NCBI GenBank assembly: GCA_016700135.1
Contig: CP065004.1
Coordinates: forward strand, 990,001-1,022,000
Origin: Candidatus Saccharimonadota bacterium
Lineage (GTDB): Bacteria > Patescibacteriota > Microgenomatia > UBA1406 > GWC2-37-13
Length of the DNA stretch: 32,000 bases
Reading direction: 5' to 3'
In this document: one piece after another, positions 7,417 to 16,498 of the stretch
How the letters are laid out: each line of letters begins with the position of its first letter
Numbering within the stretch: position 1 is the stretch's first letter
Translations under genes and position numbers: made by a program
The notes under the pieces: model-generated
Databases searched by the model: none
What the model was told of the DNA's origin: nothing
Seen by the model: the letters and a program-made list of their open reading frames with translations, nothing else

Positions 7417-8679
7417 TTATTTTTTTGCGGCGGTAATCTCAAGTGCTTTCTTAAGTTGAACATCTGTTTCATCAGTTACTGTGTTGCCTTCGGCAACCTC
7501 ATTTTCAAGAGTTACTTCTGGTTCAATACCTTTTCCGTTGATCCATTCACCGTTGGGAAGAATCCATTTTGCAATGGTGACATGAAGTCCGGCACCTTCC
7601 TGCAAATCCAGAGCTTCCTGAACGGATCCTTTCCCGAAACTTTTCGAACCGACAAGAGTAGCGCGGCCATGATCACGGAGTGCTCCGGCAAGTATTTCCG
7701 ATGCGGAAGCAGAACCCTGATTGATAAGAACAGTCAGCGGGATATCAAGGAGAATTCCCGTTCGTCTTGCCGTGTAAATGCGATCGTTTTTATCGGTAGT
7801 TTCCTGCTTCACGACTGTTTTTCCTTTCTCAATGAACTCTGATGCAATATACACCGCACTTTCCAGATATCCCCCGGGATTACCTCTCACATCAAGCACC
7901 ATACCGTGAATCTCACCTGCCTGGTATTTGGCGCTTATTTCGCTGGCTGCTTTATCCCATTCGGAGTTAGTGGTGTCGCCGAACTGATTGAGTCTCAGGT
8001 GGGCAATCGTTTTATTGCCTGATTTTTCATATGAAAGTTCTATTGAAGGAACTTTGATTTCCTGTCGGGTGATAGTAACATCAAGTTCGGTGCCGCCGCG
8101 CAGTACCGTAAGGGTGACTTCGGTATTCTCTTCCCCCCGTATTTTCGAAACGGCTTGCGTAAGGGTCCACTTGTCCGTGGATTCCCCGTCTACTTTTGCT
8201 ATTACATCTCCTGATCTTAGTCCGGCCGCTTCTGCAGGTGAATCTTTAAGAGGTGAAACGACGACGATTCTCCCGTCTTTCAGCCCGAGCTGTGCGCCGA
8301 TTCCCTGGAACTTTCCGCCGAGATCGTCTTTCGACTGTTGATTTTCTTCCGGTGTAAGGAAGAATGTATAAGGATCCTCCACAGATGCGACCATGCCTTT
8401 TATTGCCCCGTAATACATTTTTTCAGGATCAAGTTTCGTGTCATCTATATATTTTTCTTCGAGCTTGCCCCAGGTATCCCAAAAGAGACTAAAGTCAATA
8501 TTTTCCCCATCGGCATTTTTGGCAGTCGTGTTTGTAGCATTGAAAATAGTATAGGAAGATTGAGCTCTTGCATCCTTTTTTATTTGCCATTCAGCGTACT
8601 TATACCCTGATCCGAACAGGAAAATACCAATTGAGAGAAACAACAGGACATCAGTTAATTTTTTGTTTTTTATCATCAT
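7417..8679 (-). CDS. ctpA: Carboxy-terminal processing protease (peptidase S41)
   Basis: Has an N-terminal TM segment, a PDZ segment (GLRSGDVIAKVDG) and S41 motifs (DVRGNPGGYL, NQGSASASEILAGAL). Confidence 0.9.
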   Translation of the reverse strand: MMIKNKKLTDVLLFLSIGIFLFGSGYKYAEWQIKKDARAQSSYTIFNATNTTAKNADGENIDFSLFWDTWGKLEEKYIDDTKLDPEKMYYGAIKGMVASVEDPYTFFLTPEENQQSKDDLGGKFQGIGAQLGLKDGRIVVVSPLKDSPAEAAGLRSGDVIAKVDGESTDKWTLTQAVSKIRGEENTEVTLTVLRGGTELDVTITRQEIKVPSIELSYEKSGNKTIAHLRLNQFGDTTNSEWDKAASEISAKYQAGEIHGMVLDVRGNPGGYLESAVYIASEFIEKGKTVVKQETTDKNDRIYTARRTGILLDIPLTVLINQGSASASEILAGALRDHGRATLVGSKSFGKGSVQEALDLQEGAGLHVTIAKWILPNGEWINGKGIEPEVTLENEVAEGNTVTDETDVQLKKALEITAAKK

Positions 8680-8684
8680 GAAGA

Positions 8685-9398
8685 TTATTCGTAAAAGTAT
8701 AACGTGTTTTCTTCGGGACCGACGATAACGAATGGATACCGCTTAGATAGTATAGTCTCAAAATCTTCGGGTTTGTGGAGAATAATCTGCGTAAGAGAAA
8801 TTGAAGGAAATTTTCTTACAGAAATTATTCCGCGCGCTCCGAGTGCTTCAATTTTACTGTGATCCATCGGATTCAGCTCAGCCGTTACTATGCATTTGCC
8901 GTCAATATCTTCCTCGACCAGAATTCCGTTGCCGTCAGGATTATAAAAAAGTTCGGCCCCGATGTACTCAATAGGTTCTGCTATTTCTACCTTATGAGCA
9001 TTTTTGACTTTCAGATCAAGGTATCCGTCATAAATTGCCTCAACTTCACCGGTAAAAAAACAGTGCAGCATGTCAGATTCTCCGCTGTTCTGTTCGATAA
9101 TGAGTGAACCGTCGGCATGGTTGATTTCTTTCAAAATTCCGTCGATCTGACTGAGATACCGCTTTGAACCCAGCATGCTTTTATCTTCAGCTAACAGGTC
9201 ACCCTGAGTGATCCGGTCACCGATTGTTTTGCGAAGTTTGAGAAATATTTTGTCAGGAGAAAAACGCAAAATTTCTGCGACAGGAATACGGATTGATTTT
9301 TTCCCTTTTCGCTTCAGGAGCGGAGTGGTAAAATCCACTCTTTGACCTGCTTCAATAAGCATCTCCGAACTTTGAGGAATCTTCACAGGAACTTTCAT
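8685..9398 (-). CDS. Hypothetical protein, possible barrel-sandwich hybrid (lipoyl-like) N-terminal domain
   Basis: Start moved to MKVPVKIP, because the longer track ORF overlaps rpsR. TATAAT lies 7 nt upstream of this ATG. The segment GDRITQGDLLAEDKSMLGSKRYLSQIDGIL resembles hybrid-barrel motifs, but no function can be assigned. Confidence 0.55.
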   Translation of the reverse strand: MKVPVKIPQSSEMLIEAGQRVDFTTPLLKRKGKKSIRIPVAEILRFSPDKIFLKLRKTIGDRITQGDLLAEDKSMLGSKRYLSQIDGILKEINHADGSLIIEQNSGESDMLHCFFTGEVEAIYDGYLDLKVKNAHKVEIAEPIEYIGAELFYNPDGNGILVEEDIDGKCIVTAELNPMDHSKIEALGARGIISVRKFPSISLTQIILHKPEDFETILSKRYPFVIVGPEENTLYFYE

Positions 9399-9415
9399 GT
9401 GAAAGATTATAGCAG

Positions 9416-9622
9416 TTATTTCGATCCCTGATAAGAGGTATATGGGATAAGTGCAAGATAGCGAGCGTACTTTATCTGTTTGGAAAGAGCTCTCTGATGT
9501 TTTGCACAAATGCCGCTTTTTTCCCGGCTTACAATTTTCTTACGCGGTGTCAAAAATTTTTCAAGATTTTCGACATCTTTGTAATCGGGTTCAATACTGT
9601 ATTTGCAGTAAAAGCACTTCAT
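9416..9622 (-). CDS. rpsR: 30S ribosomal protein S18
   Basis: 68 aa with S18 motifs (DYKDVENLEKFLTPRKKI...GICAKHQRALSKQIKYARYLALIPY). It lies in the rpsF-ssb-rpsR order. Confidence 0.95.
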   Translation of the reverse strand: MKCFYCKYSIEPDYKDVENLEKFLTPRKKIVSREKSGICAKHQRALSKQIKYARYLALIPYTSYQGSK

Positions 9623-9643
9623 ATTGATATATTAAATACTAAT

Positions 9644-10120
9644 TTAGAACGGAATATCTTCAGGATTGACATCTTCGTCATTTGAGTTTGCGTTACTCTT
9701 TGACTCCTGGTTCTCGGACTCCGGAGCGGGAACGTCTTCGGATTCACTCCCGTGATCATCCTGATCTGTCTGACCGTCTCGTCGTCCGTCACTAAAGACG
9801 ATAAAGTCATCCAAAACGATTTCCGTAATATGTCTTTGCTGGCCGTTCTTGTCAAGATAGTCCCGATAGGTAATTCTGCCTTCGAGATATACTTTTCTTC
9901 CTTTTGTCAGTAATTTGCTGCAGAGCTCGGCAAGCTTTTGCCAGGCTACAATCCGGTGGTACTGCGCTTCTTCCTTCGTTTGTCCGTCTGCCGTGGTCCA
10001 TGAGCGGTTTGTGGCAACGCCAAACGTACAGACTGCTGTATTGTTCGGGGTATATTTCAGTTCGGGATCACGTGTGAGGTTTCCGAGTAAGGTTACTTTG
10101 TTGATTGATCGGCTTGACAT
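9644..10120 (-). CDS. ssb: Single-stranded DNA-binding protein
   Basis: Has an OB-fold N-terminus (INKVTLLGNLTRDPELKYTPNNTAV), an acidic disordered tail and the terminal DIPF. Confidence 0.95.
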   Translation of the reverse strand: MSSRSINKVTLLGNLTRDPELKYTPNNTAVCTFGVATNRSWTTADGQTKEEAQYHRIVAWQKLAELCSKLLTKGRKVYLEGRITYRDYLDKNGQQRHITEIVLDDFIVFSDGRRDGQTDQDDHGSESEDVPAPESENQESKSNANSNDEDVNPEDIPF

Positions 10121-10156
10121 AATTCTTGATTAAATGGTAATGGTTAGATCCCGAAA

Positions 10157-10504
10157 TTACTTTATTTCTTCTTCAGCTTCTTCTTGTGATTCTTCCTTTA
10201 CTTCTTTTTTGACCGTTTTCATTTTCGGTTGTGCCGGGACTTCTTCCTGTGCAAGGAACAGGTATCTCAAAAGAAGATTTTCGTAATTGAGTTTGGTTTT
10301 AAATTCATTCAGCTGATTTGGTGCAATCTGAATGTTCCATGTGTAGTACTCTGCTGCTGTTTTTTTGTCTATCGGAAATGTCAGAAGTCTCTTTCCCCAG
10401 GCTTGTTCCTGCATTTTTTTTCCGGAAAAAGATGTTAACATTTCTTCAAGTTTCTTGAGAGTTTTTGGATCTTCAACGAGGAAGGTTAGTTCGTAGTTAC
10501 TCAT
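10157..10504 (-). CDS. rpsF: 30S ribosomal protein S6
   Basis: The product begins MSNYELTFLV and has an acidic C-terminal tail. It is the first gene of the rpsF-ssb-rpsR cluster. Confidence 0.9.
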   Translation of the reverse strand: MSNYELTFLVEDPKTLKKLEEMLTSFSGKKMQEQAWGKRLLTFPIDKKTAAEYYTWNIQIAPNQLNEFKTKLNYENLLLRYLFLAQEEVPAQPKMKTVKKEVKEESQEEAEEEIK

Positions 10505-10631
10505 ACTGGTTTCGATAAAGCGCTATTTTTGCTTTTTCAACTGTAATTTAATAATAAGTCATATAATAGTAATATTATGACGAGAAATCAAGCATAATTA
10601 TACCATCCCGGATCTAAATTACAATATACTC

Positions 10632-12374
10632 ATGCGATTTAAGACGATTCAAGTTTCACTATTTTTGATTCTGCTTTTGTCCCTCGTGATTTACACCCGT
10701 TTTGTGGGATTGCATTGGGGATTACCGTATCCGATGCATCCTGATGAACGCAACATGGTTGTCTCTATCCTGCAGCTCGACTGCAATACCCCTGTTTTTC
10801 AGGAATGTTACAATCCCCACTTTTTTGCATACGGTCAGTTCCCCTTATATCTTACATTTATCCTTTCAATGATTGTCCGGTCGCTTTTAGGCGAATTTGA
10901 AGTTCTTCGTTTTGAAACGGTGACTTTGGTACTCCGATCAGTGTCAGCACTAGCATCCCTCATGACGGTATTGTACTTGTACAGGATACTTGATCACCTT
11001 TTTAAACTGACAAAACTTCGTGCTCTTGTGACTGTGTTACTCCTGACGTTTGTTCCGTCGTTTATTCAGTTCTCTCATTATGGTACGACTGAATCTCTCC
11101 TGATGATGTTTGTGAGTATTCTTTTGTATTACTCTATACGGTATATGGATCACAATATCCATACGGCTAAATATGTCAGGACAACGGGGATTCTTTTGGG
11201 TCTTGCGTTTTCGACTAAAGTTTCAGCCGGGCTTTTTGCCGCAATTCCGTTTTTTGTCCTGATATCCCGCTTCATTGAAGAGAGATCGTGGGAGAAGTTT
11301 GGATCATATTGGTTTGCCCTAATGAAGATAGCCGCTTTTTCTACGCTGTTTTTTGTGATTACTTCTCCTTTTAATATTATTGACTGGGAAGGATTTGTCC
11401 ATTCGATGAACTATGAGTCTGCGGTGGGACTGGGAACATACCGTGCTTTTTATACGAGACAATTTGAATATACAATTCCGTTTATTTTTCAGTTTATAAA
11501 GATTTTCCCCTATACGCTGGGCTGGCCGATGTTTGTGCTTTCAGCTGCCGGATTTTTCCTGCTTCCCTGGAACAGACACTACAATCTGATGCGGTTTATT
11601 TTTTTAGTGCTTTTTATTCCCAATGCCGTCATGTATGCAAAATGGACTCGGTTTATTGCTCCGGTTTTTCCGGTTTCAGTTCTGTTCGGTACGGCATTTT
11701 TTTATAATCTTGTTCAGAAAAGCGGTCCGCTTTCGCGGCTTGTGCTGATAATTGGAGCATTTGTCATTATTGTTCCCGGTATGGCGTATCTCACGATTTA
11801 TCAGACTCCCGATGTCCGTTTTGTCGCATCCCGCTGGATGTATGAAAATATTCCCTCAACGACAAGCATTCTGGCCGAAACGGCAAATGTCGTCGATGTG
11901 CCGCTGCCGAATCCTTTAGTAGAACCGGAAAAAGTGTACAGTACTCTTCTCCATCCTATTTCATTTGATTTTTATGAACTTGATAATAATCAGGATCTTT
12001 CCGACGAATTGGCAGCAGATTTACGTATTTCGCCTTATATTTTCGTCCCGTCACGACGTATTTTCTGGAATCATACCTGTTATGTCAATGAGAAAGGAAC
12101 CATCGCACTCAAACCGTATGACAGTGTGTTGAGCGGGTACGAAACTGAACGTTGTGAAAGCTTACGCCAGGATTATCCGCTTCTTAATATTTACTACGAA
12201 GCTTTGTTTGAAGGTGAACTCGGGTATGAACAAGTAGCCGAATTTACATCTTATCCCCGTATTGAGATCTTCGGCATAACCTTGGTTGAATTCCCGGATG
12301 AAGCGGCTGAAGAGACCTGGACCGTTTTTGACCATCCGGTCATCAGAGTCTATCAGCGTATAGAGACAGAGTAA
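10632..12374 (+). CDS. Polytopic membrane glycosyltransferase, GT-C fold (GT39/ArnT/PMT-like)
   Basis: 580 aa with about 10 or more hydrophobic helices in the first 400 aa. An acidic first-loop motif (YPMHPDERN) is typical of lipid-carrier-dependent glycosyltransferases, and a soluble C-terminal domain follows. Confidence 0.6.
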   Translation: MRFKTIQVSLFLILLLSLVIYTRFVGLHWGLPYPMHPDERNMVVSILQLDCNTPVFQECYNPHFFAYGQFPLYLTFILSMIVRSLLGEFEVLRFETVTLVLRSVSALASLMTVLYLYRILDHLFKLTKLRALVTVLLLTFVPSFIQFSHYGTTESLLMMFVSILLYYSIRYMDHNIHTAKYVRTTGILLGLAFSTKVSAGLFAAIPFFVLISRFIEERSWEKFGSYWFALMKIAAFSTLFFVITSPFNIIDWEGFVHSMNYESAVGLGTYRAFYTRQFEYTIPFIFQFIKIFPYTLGWPMFVLSAAGFFLLPWNRHYNLMRFIFLVLFIPNAVMYAKWTRFIAPVFPVSVLFGTAFFYNLVQKSGPLSRLVLIIGAFVIIVPGMAYLTIYQTPDVRFVASRWMYENIPSTTSILAETANVVDVPLPNPLVEPEKVYSTLLHPISFDFYELDNNQDLSDELAADLRISPYIFVPSRRIFWNHTCYVNEKGTIALKPYDSVLSGYETERCESLRQDYPLLNIYYEALFEGELGYEQVAEFTSYPRIEIFGITLVEFPDEAAEETWTVFDHPVIRVYQRIETE

Positions 12375-12381
12375 AATCACA

Positions 12382-12409
12382 TTGACTTCACTGCCCGATA
12401 TGCCATAAT
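12382..12409 (+). promoter_or_regulatory. Putative promoter of the SIMPL gene (near-leaderless)
   Basis: Reads TTGACT (12382-12387), a 16-nt spacer, then CATAAT (12404-12409). The ATG follows 9 nt after the -10. Confidence 0.5.
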
Positions 12410-12418
12410 GATAGTACT

Positions 12419-13159
12419 ATGAAAAAACAGTTGCTTTTAATACTAACCCCTATTGTTCTTGTTTTCGTTTTTGTTTTTTTGATGAGTCTTTTACGGATCG
12501 GTATTCCCGTGCAGGTTACTCAGAACATGACAACGACAGAACTCTCAGTCACCGGTGAAGGAAAAGTTGACATTGTTCCGAATACCGCAACGGTAGATGT
12601 CGGTGTCCGGGTAAACAGAGCCGCAACGGTTGATGCAGCGCAGTCACAGATAAATGAAACAAACAATGCCATCATTGCAGCGATGCAGAAGCTCGGCATT
12701 GAAAAACAAAATATTAAGACTTCAAACTACTCAGTCTATCCTTCTTATGACTACTCAAGCGGACGTGATGTTCTTACGGGGTATGACGGTAATGTAACCC
12801 TGAGTATCAAAACAAAAAATGTCGATCAGATCTCACAGGTGATATCTGCCGCAACGGAAGCAGGAGCAAATGAAATCCAAAATACCCGTTTTGAAGTGGA
12901 AGATCCGGCTGCATACAGAGCAGAAGCCAGAAAAAAGGCGATCGATAATGCAAAAGAGGAAGCAAAAAAACTCGCAGATGAACTCGGAATTAAACTCGGT
13001 AAGGTAGTAAATGTCGTTGAACATACATCATCCGGGACTGATGTTTATCCATACATGGCTGAAAGAGCAGTTGGGTTAGGTGGAGGCGGTGGTGCCAGTT
13101 TCGAACCTGGATCACAGGCCATCACATCCGTCGTCACGTTGTATTTTGAAAAAAGATAA
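12419..13159 (+). CDS. SIMPL-domain (DUF541) protein with N-terminal signal/anchor
   Basis: The pattern LSVTGEGKVDIVPNTATVDVGV and the terminal TSVVTLYFE are typical of SIMPL/BP26-like proteins. Confidence 0.75.
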   Translation: MKKQLLLILTPIVLVFVFVFLMSLLRIGIPVQVTQNMTTTELSVTGEGKVDIVPNTATVDVGVRVNRAATVDAAQSQINETNNAIIAAMQKLGIEKQNIKTSNYSVYPSYDYSSGRDVLTGYDGNVTLSIKTKNVDQISQVISAATEAGANEIQNTRFEVEDPAAYRAEARKKAIDNAKEEAKKLADELGIKLGKVVNVVEHTSSGTDVYPYMAERAVGLGGGGGASFEPGSQAITSVVTLYFEKR

Positions 13160-13168
13160 TCGGTAACC

Positions 13169-14281
13169 TCATATTGCCAAGGAAGCATGTGCCCTCTGAG
13201 CCCGATCTGCTGTAGTGATCAGATCATCATTCTGACGGACCAGTGTGATTCCCAGTGATTCCAATCCTCCGTTTCTTTTGAATGAGTGTGGATCAACGAC
13301 AAACACCATTGACTGGTCATCTTTAAAAACGGAAACGGAATAGCACGGTCCCGGATAAATCGCATCTTTCTCCCTTTTAGGAGCAAGTCCTCTCAAAATA
13401 CCGCGATGTGACTTCGTCAAGAATTCCCGTTCAAGCGGGTCGGTCAGACCTTCAAGAAACTGTTGAACTTCATCCTCAGGACGAAGAATATATTGTCCTC
13501 TCCAATGACTTGCCGCAACTTCATCATAATTCGAAACTGAAGCACTAAATATTTTTCTATGCAGGTCTTTACAGAGAGTATCAATATCAACCATTGATTG
13601 CGCTAAATCCTCCGGGTGCATATACGGCATTCGTGCAACTACCCCATTGAAGTTGTAGCGGTACATCTGCTCTTCTTCCGGCGTCAGAACCTGTGCATAC
13701 CGTAGGGCAGTAAATCTGTCGGGATCCTGTGTGCGCAAATTTTCAAATTCCCGGATAAAATACCTCTCTCTGAGTCTGTCTCCCGGCTCCCGTAACCGGC
13801 TGTCTCCGTGTTCAGTAGGGGCCAATATCCCGGGAGGTAACGTGGTACAGTGAATGTGCCAGTTTCTCCAGGACATCGAAGGTGCCTTCAGGTCCCGGCG
13901 GCCGTAGTACATGTTGTAGCAAGCAACGGAATCGGGAGTGTCAAGGAATGTGTCCATTTGACGTGCGGCAGCAACTGTAGCTTCTCTCGGAGTGTTGTCA
14001 GGTTTGGCATATTCGTCCCCCAGATCAAAGGTGAGCATGTAATGTACTCCGTCACCTTGTTCAGGTACATACTGGTTGGTGGGAAATACGGCGAAGGTTT
14101 GATTTTCAATAGGCTCAATCCATCCTTCTCCCGTTTGCTGCTCTTCAGTCATGACCTGCCACATAGCATCAGGTCGATCGTTAATTTGGCGAAGTAACGG
14201 CAGCTTATCAGAATTTAACGGTGGGTTACAAACCGTGAGAGTATATCCGCGCGCAGACTGTGCCTCTAAAACATGACTCAT
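13169..14281 (-). CDS. Hypothetical 370-aa protein, possible HIT-like nucleotide-binding fold in the N-terminal half
   Basis: Long ORF with no recognisable family. The segment FAVFPTNQYVP..GVHYMLTF ... YNMYYGRR...WRNWHIHCTT follows the order of HIT-fold elements, with a degenerate histidine triad. Confidence 0.6.
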   Translation of the reverse strand: MSHVLEAQSARGYTLTVCNPPLNSDKLPLLRQINDRPDAMWQVMTEEQQTGEGWIEPIENQTFAVFPTNQYVPEQGDGVHYMLTFDLGDEYAKPDNTPREATVAAARQMDTFLDTPDSVACYNMYYGRRDLKAPSMSWRNWHIHCTTLPPGILAPTEHGDSRLREPGDRLRERYFIREFENLRTQDPDRFTALRYAQVLTPEEEQMYRYNFNGVVARMPYMHPEDLAQSMVDIDTLCKDLHRKIFSASVSNYDEVAASHWRGQYILRPEDEVQQFLEGLTDPLEREFLTKSHRGILRGLAPKREKDAIYPGPCYSVSVFKDDQSMVFVVDPHSFKRNGGLESLGITLVRQNDDLITTADRAQRAHASLAI

Positions 14282-14401
14282 TAGTAGAAATTGTATCTTA
14301 CTTTATCCTTACAATCACCGTTACAAAGAATTATTTTAAGTATTTTATGTGTATATTTTCTTGATCTTTTTAATTACCCGAAACTTCGTTATACTGATTT
14401 T

Positions 14402-16498
14402 ATGAACTTAAAACGTTTTTTCAATCCCCGTTCGGTGGCAATTGTCGGAGTATCCGAACATGAAAAGAAAGTCGGGCATCTGGTGGCACACAATATGATA
14501 CGGCAGGGATATAGCGGGGAAATGTACTTTATTCATCCGTCAGGAGCGGAAATCTTAGGTAAAAAAACGTTGACATCGCTCAAGGAAATCAGACAAACTC
14601 TTGATTTAGTTGTTCTGGCAGTGCCTTCCTCTGTTGCTGTCTCCTATCTGGACGAAGTTGCGGCAAACGGTTGTCACAACGTGGTGATGTTTGCCGCCGG
14701 TTTCGGGGAGACACATTCACCCGAAGGAAGCCGGATGGAAGAAGCATTACAGCAAAAAATTAAAGAGCATGACATCACCTTGCTCGGCCCGAACTGTATA
14801 GGATACATCAATACTCATATCGGAGTGAACGCAACTTTTTTCAGTCATGTCGCACCCAAAGGAAATACCGGCATTATTTCACAATCAGGGGCACTCGGCA
14901 CCGCATTTCTCGATTATGTTGCGGCAAAGACACATGTCGGCCTTTCAAACTTCATCAGTCTCGGAAATAAGAGTGTGTTGAATGAATCGGATTGCTTGGA
15001 TTATCTTCTTGATGACCCAAAAACTGAAGTGATCGGTATGTATCTGGAAGATGTCATAAACGGAGAAAGATTTCTGCAAAAGCTTCAGGAGACTACTAAG
15101 AAGAAACCGGTCGTAATCCTGAAGTCAGGAAAAACACGGGAGGGGTCAAAAGCGGCGATGTCACACACGGGAAGTATGGCAGGAGACGACGAAGTATTCG
15201 ATGCCGCAGTACGTCAGGCAGGAGCACTTCGCGCTGATTCATATGCAGAGTTTGAGATGATTTTGAAGCTTTACAGTCTTGATGCAGTTCCGGCAAACAA
15301 AAACATTCTGGTTTTATCAAATGCAGGCGGGATGGGCGTACTTCTGACTGACGAGATTATCTCGCAAGGGCTTCACCTTATTACCGTATCGGAAGAAACA
15401 ACGGAAAAATTATCAAAAGCTTTTGAGGACACGAAAAAGATTACCGTTCATAATCCGATCGATTTATTGGGAGACGCAAGTGCATTTGATTACAAACGGG
15501 CTATCAATCTCACTATGGAGGAAAAAGATATCGGCGCAGTTATTGTTCTTCTCACTCCCCAGGCCAATACGGAAATCCTCGAGACCGCACATGTATTGCG
15601 GGATGTCTATCATGCTTTTAAATACAAGCCGATTTATCCGATTTTTATGGGGAAAGACTCAGTCACGGAAGCTCATCATTATCTGGAAAAAGAAGGGATC
15701 GCAAGTTTCCGTTATTTCTCTCCCCTGCCGAAAGCTATAAAGAAAATTCTTGAGGCAAAAGAATCCGCAAAATCAAAACAATTGGAAGTAAGTCCGCCTG
15801 ATTATTCACTTCCCGTGCAGTCTCATATCAGGGATGTCCAGCTACTGTTTGCCGAAGGTCGGGGAAAGAAATTTTTAAGTCAGCATGATGCTCTTTCGCT
15901 TTTGTCGTGGAGCGGGATTCCGGTAGCAAAAACCTATTTGGCCGTATCTTCCGATGATCTGAAGACGGTAGTTAAGGAAGAGGGATTTCCGCTGGTTGCA
16001 AAAATTGCATCAGAGAAAATAACCCACAAGACGGAAGTGAAAGGAGTCATTACCGGAATAACGGTTATGGAGGAACTCCAGAATGCATTTGATTCGATGC
16101 GTACAGTCGGTGGGAAAGGATCAGGGTGTTATCTGCAAAAGCAATATTCAGGACATGAACTCATCATCGGATCAAAAAGAGATATTACGTTCGGAACTAT
16201 TGTACTGGTCGGACTCGGGGGGATTTATGCCGAACTGTTGCATGAAGCAATAGAGCTGGTGTATCCGTTTTCATATGAACAGTTTGCCATAGCGCTTAAA
16301 GATTCAAAACTGCATAAACTGACAAGTGAATTCCGGAACATACCCCCGATTGATCCGAAAAAACTGTACGATGTTGCATTTCGGGTAGGACTGCTTGTGA
16401 AGACATTCGACAGAATCCGTGAAATTGATATCAATCCTCTCATTGCATCAGGTGAGACATTGGTCGCAGTCGACGGAAGAGTAATACTTTCTGATTAA
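14402..16498 (+). CDS. ADP-forming acetyl/acyl-CoA synthetase (fused alpha-beta, NDP-forming family)
   Basis: Contains a CoA-binding domain (FFNPRSVAIVGVSE), a succinyl-CoA-synthetase-like ligase domain (GPNCIGY, ISQSGALG, MSHTGSMAG with the phospho-His context) and a C-terminal ATP-grasp. Start set at MNLKRFF, with TATACT 6 nt upstream. Confidence 0.85.
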   Translation: MNLKRFFNPRSVAIVGVSEHEKKVGHLVAHNMIRQGYSGEMYFIHPSGAEILGKKTLTSLKEIRQTLDLVVLAVPSSVAVSYLDEVAANGCHNVVMFAAGFGETHSPEGSRMEEALQQKIKEHDITLLGPNCIGYINTHIGVNATFFSHVAPKGNTGIISQSGALGTAFLDYVAAKTHVGLSNFISLGNKSVLNESDCLDYLLDDPKTEVIGMYLEDVINGERFLQKLQETTKKKPVVILKSGKTREGSKAAMSHTGSMAGDDEVFDAAVRQAGALRADSYAEFEMILKLYSLDAVPANKNILVLSNAGGMGVLLTDEIISQGLHLITVSEETTEKLSKAFEDTKKITVHNPIDLLGDASAFDYKRAINLTMEEKDIGAVIVLLTPQANTEILETAHVLRDVYHAFKYKPIYPIFMGKDSVTEAHHYLEKEGIASFRYFSPLPKAIKKILEAKESAKSKQLEVSPPDYSLPVQSHIRDVQLLFAEGRGKKFLSQHDALSLLSWSGIPVAKTYLAVSSDDLKTVVKEEGFPLVAKIASEKITHKTEVKGVITGITVMEELQNAFDSMRTVGGKGSGCYLQKQYSGHELIIGSKRDITFGTIVLVGLGGIYAELLHEAIELVYPFSYEQFAIALKDSKLHKLTSEFRNIPPIDPKKLYDVAFRVGLLVKTFDRIREIDINPLIASGETLVAVDGRVILSD

